NCBI RefSeq assembly: GCF_053102575.1
Contig: NZ_CM129848.1
Direction: 5' to 3' (one strand)
Length of the DNA stretch: 32,000 bases
In this document: positions 31,762-32,000 of the stretch, in pieces
Position numbering within the stretch: the first letter of the stretch is position 1
How the letters are laid out: every line of letters starts with the position of its first letter
Notes under the pieces: generated by a model
The model's input: only the letters and a program-made list of their open reading frames with translations
The model's database searches: none
Told to the model about the DNA's origin: nothing
Translations under genes and position numbers: made by a program

Positions 31762-32000
31762 AACATCCCCTAAGCGATTTTTAAAATCACTGTTTTAAAG
31801 GCAATAAGATACCGACCATTCATATGGAATGGTTTTATTAACTGCGTATGAGTTAAAACTTATTAGTTGTTCAGAAGATGGTTTGCCTCTTGTTTGATTT
31901 GTTGTAGTACGTTACGCACATGATTTATCTGATTAATTGCATCTTCTTTTTCTTTACGTAACCGCGCATCCAGTAAATGATTTTCTGGTAGGGGTGTTTC

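Overview
The window is an enterobacterial, almost certainly Escherichia coli, chromosomal segment. It has a well-known backbone and at least two accessory parts. Backbone in window order: 3' part of frvR; yiiG lipoprotein; fdhD; the aerobic formate dehydrogenase operon fdoG (in-frame UGA selenocysteine)-fdoH-fdoI-fdhE; ribbon-helix-helix genes yiiF and yiiE; fabY/yiiD; dtd; yihY; yihX; the sulfoquinovose (sulfo-EMP) locus yihW(csqR)-yihV / yihU-yihT-yihS-yihR-[extra gene]-yihQ-yihP-yihO-ompL; and yihN. Accessory part 1 (about 10.2-14.8 kb, between yiiE and fabY) carries a HigB/HigA-type toxin-antitoxin pair, an HSL-family alpha/beta hydrolase, and a long AT-rich gene. That gene encodes a protein with a SopB/IpgD-like Cx5R motif (CKSAKDRT), so it may be an orphan inositol-phosphatase effector-like protein. 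The toxin-antitoxin plus esterase block is bracketed by two perfect 66-bp direct repeats. Each repeat contains a hairpin predicted to pair with the Shine-Dalgarno of a 14-codon ORF. Accessory part 2 is a TauE/SafE-family putative sulfonate/sulfite exporter gene inserted between yihR and yihQ in the sulfoquinovose operon. All assignments come from reading the sequence and recalled knowledge; no database search was run.
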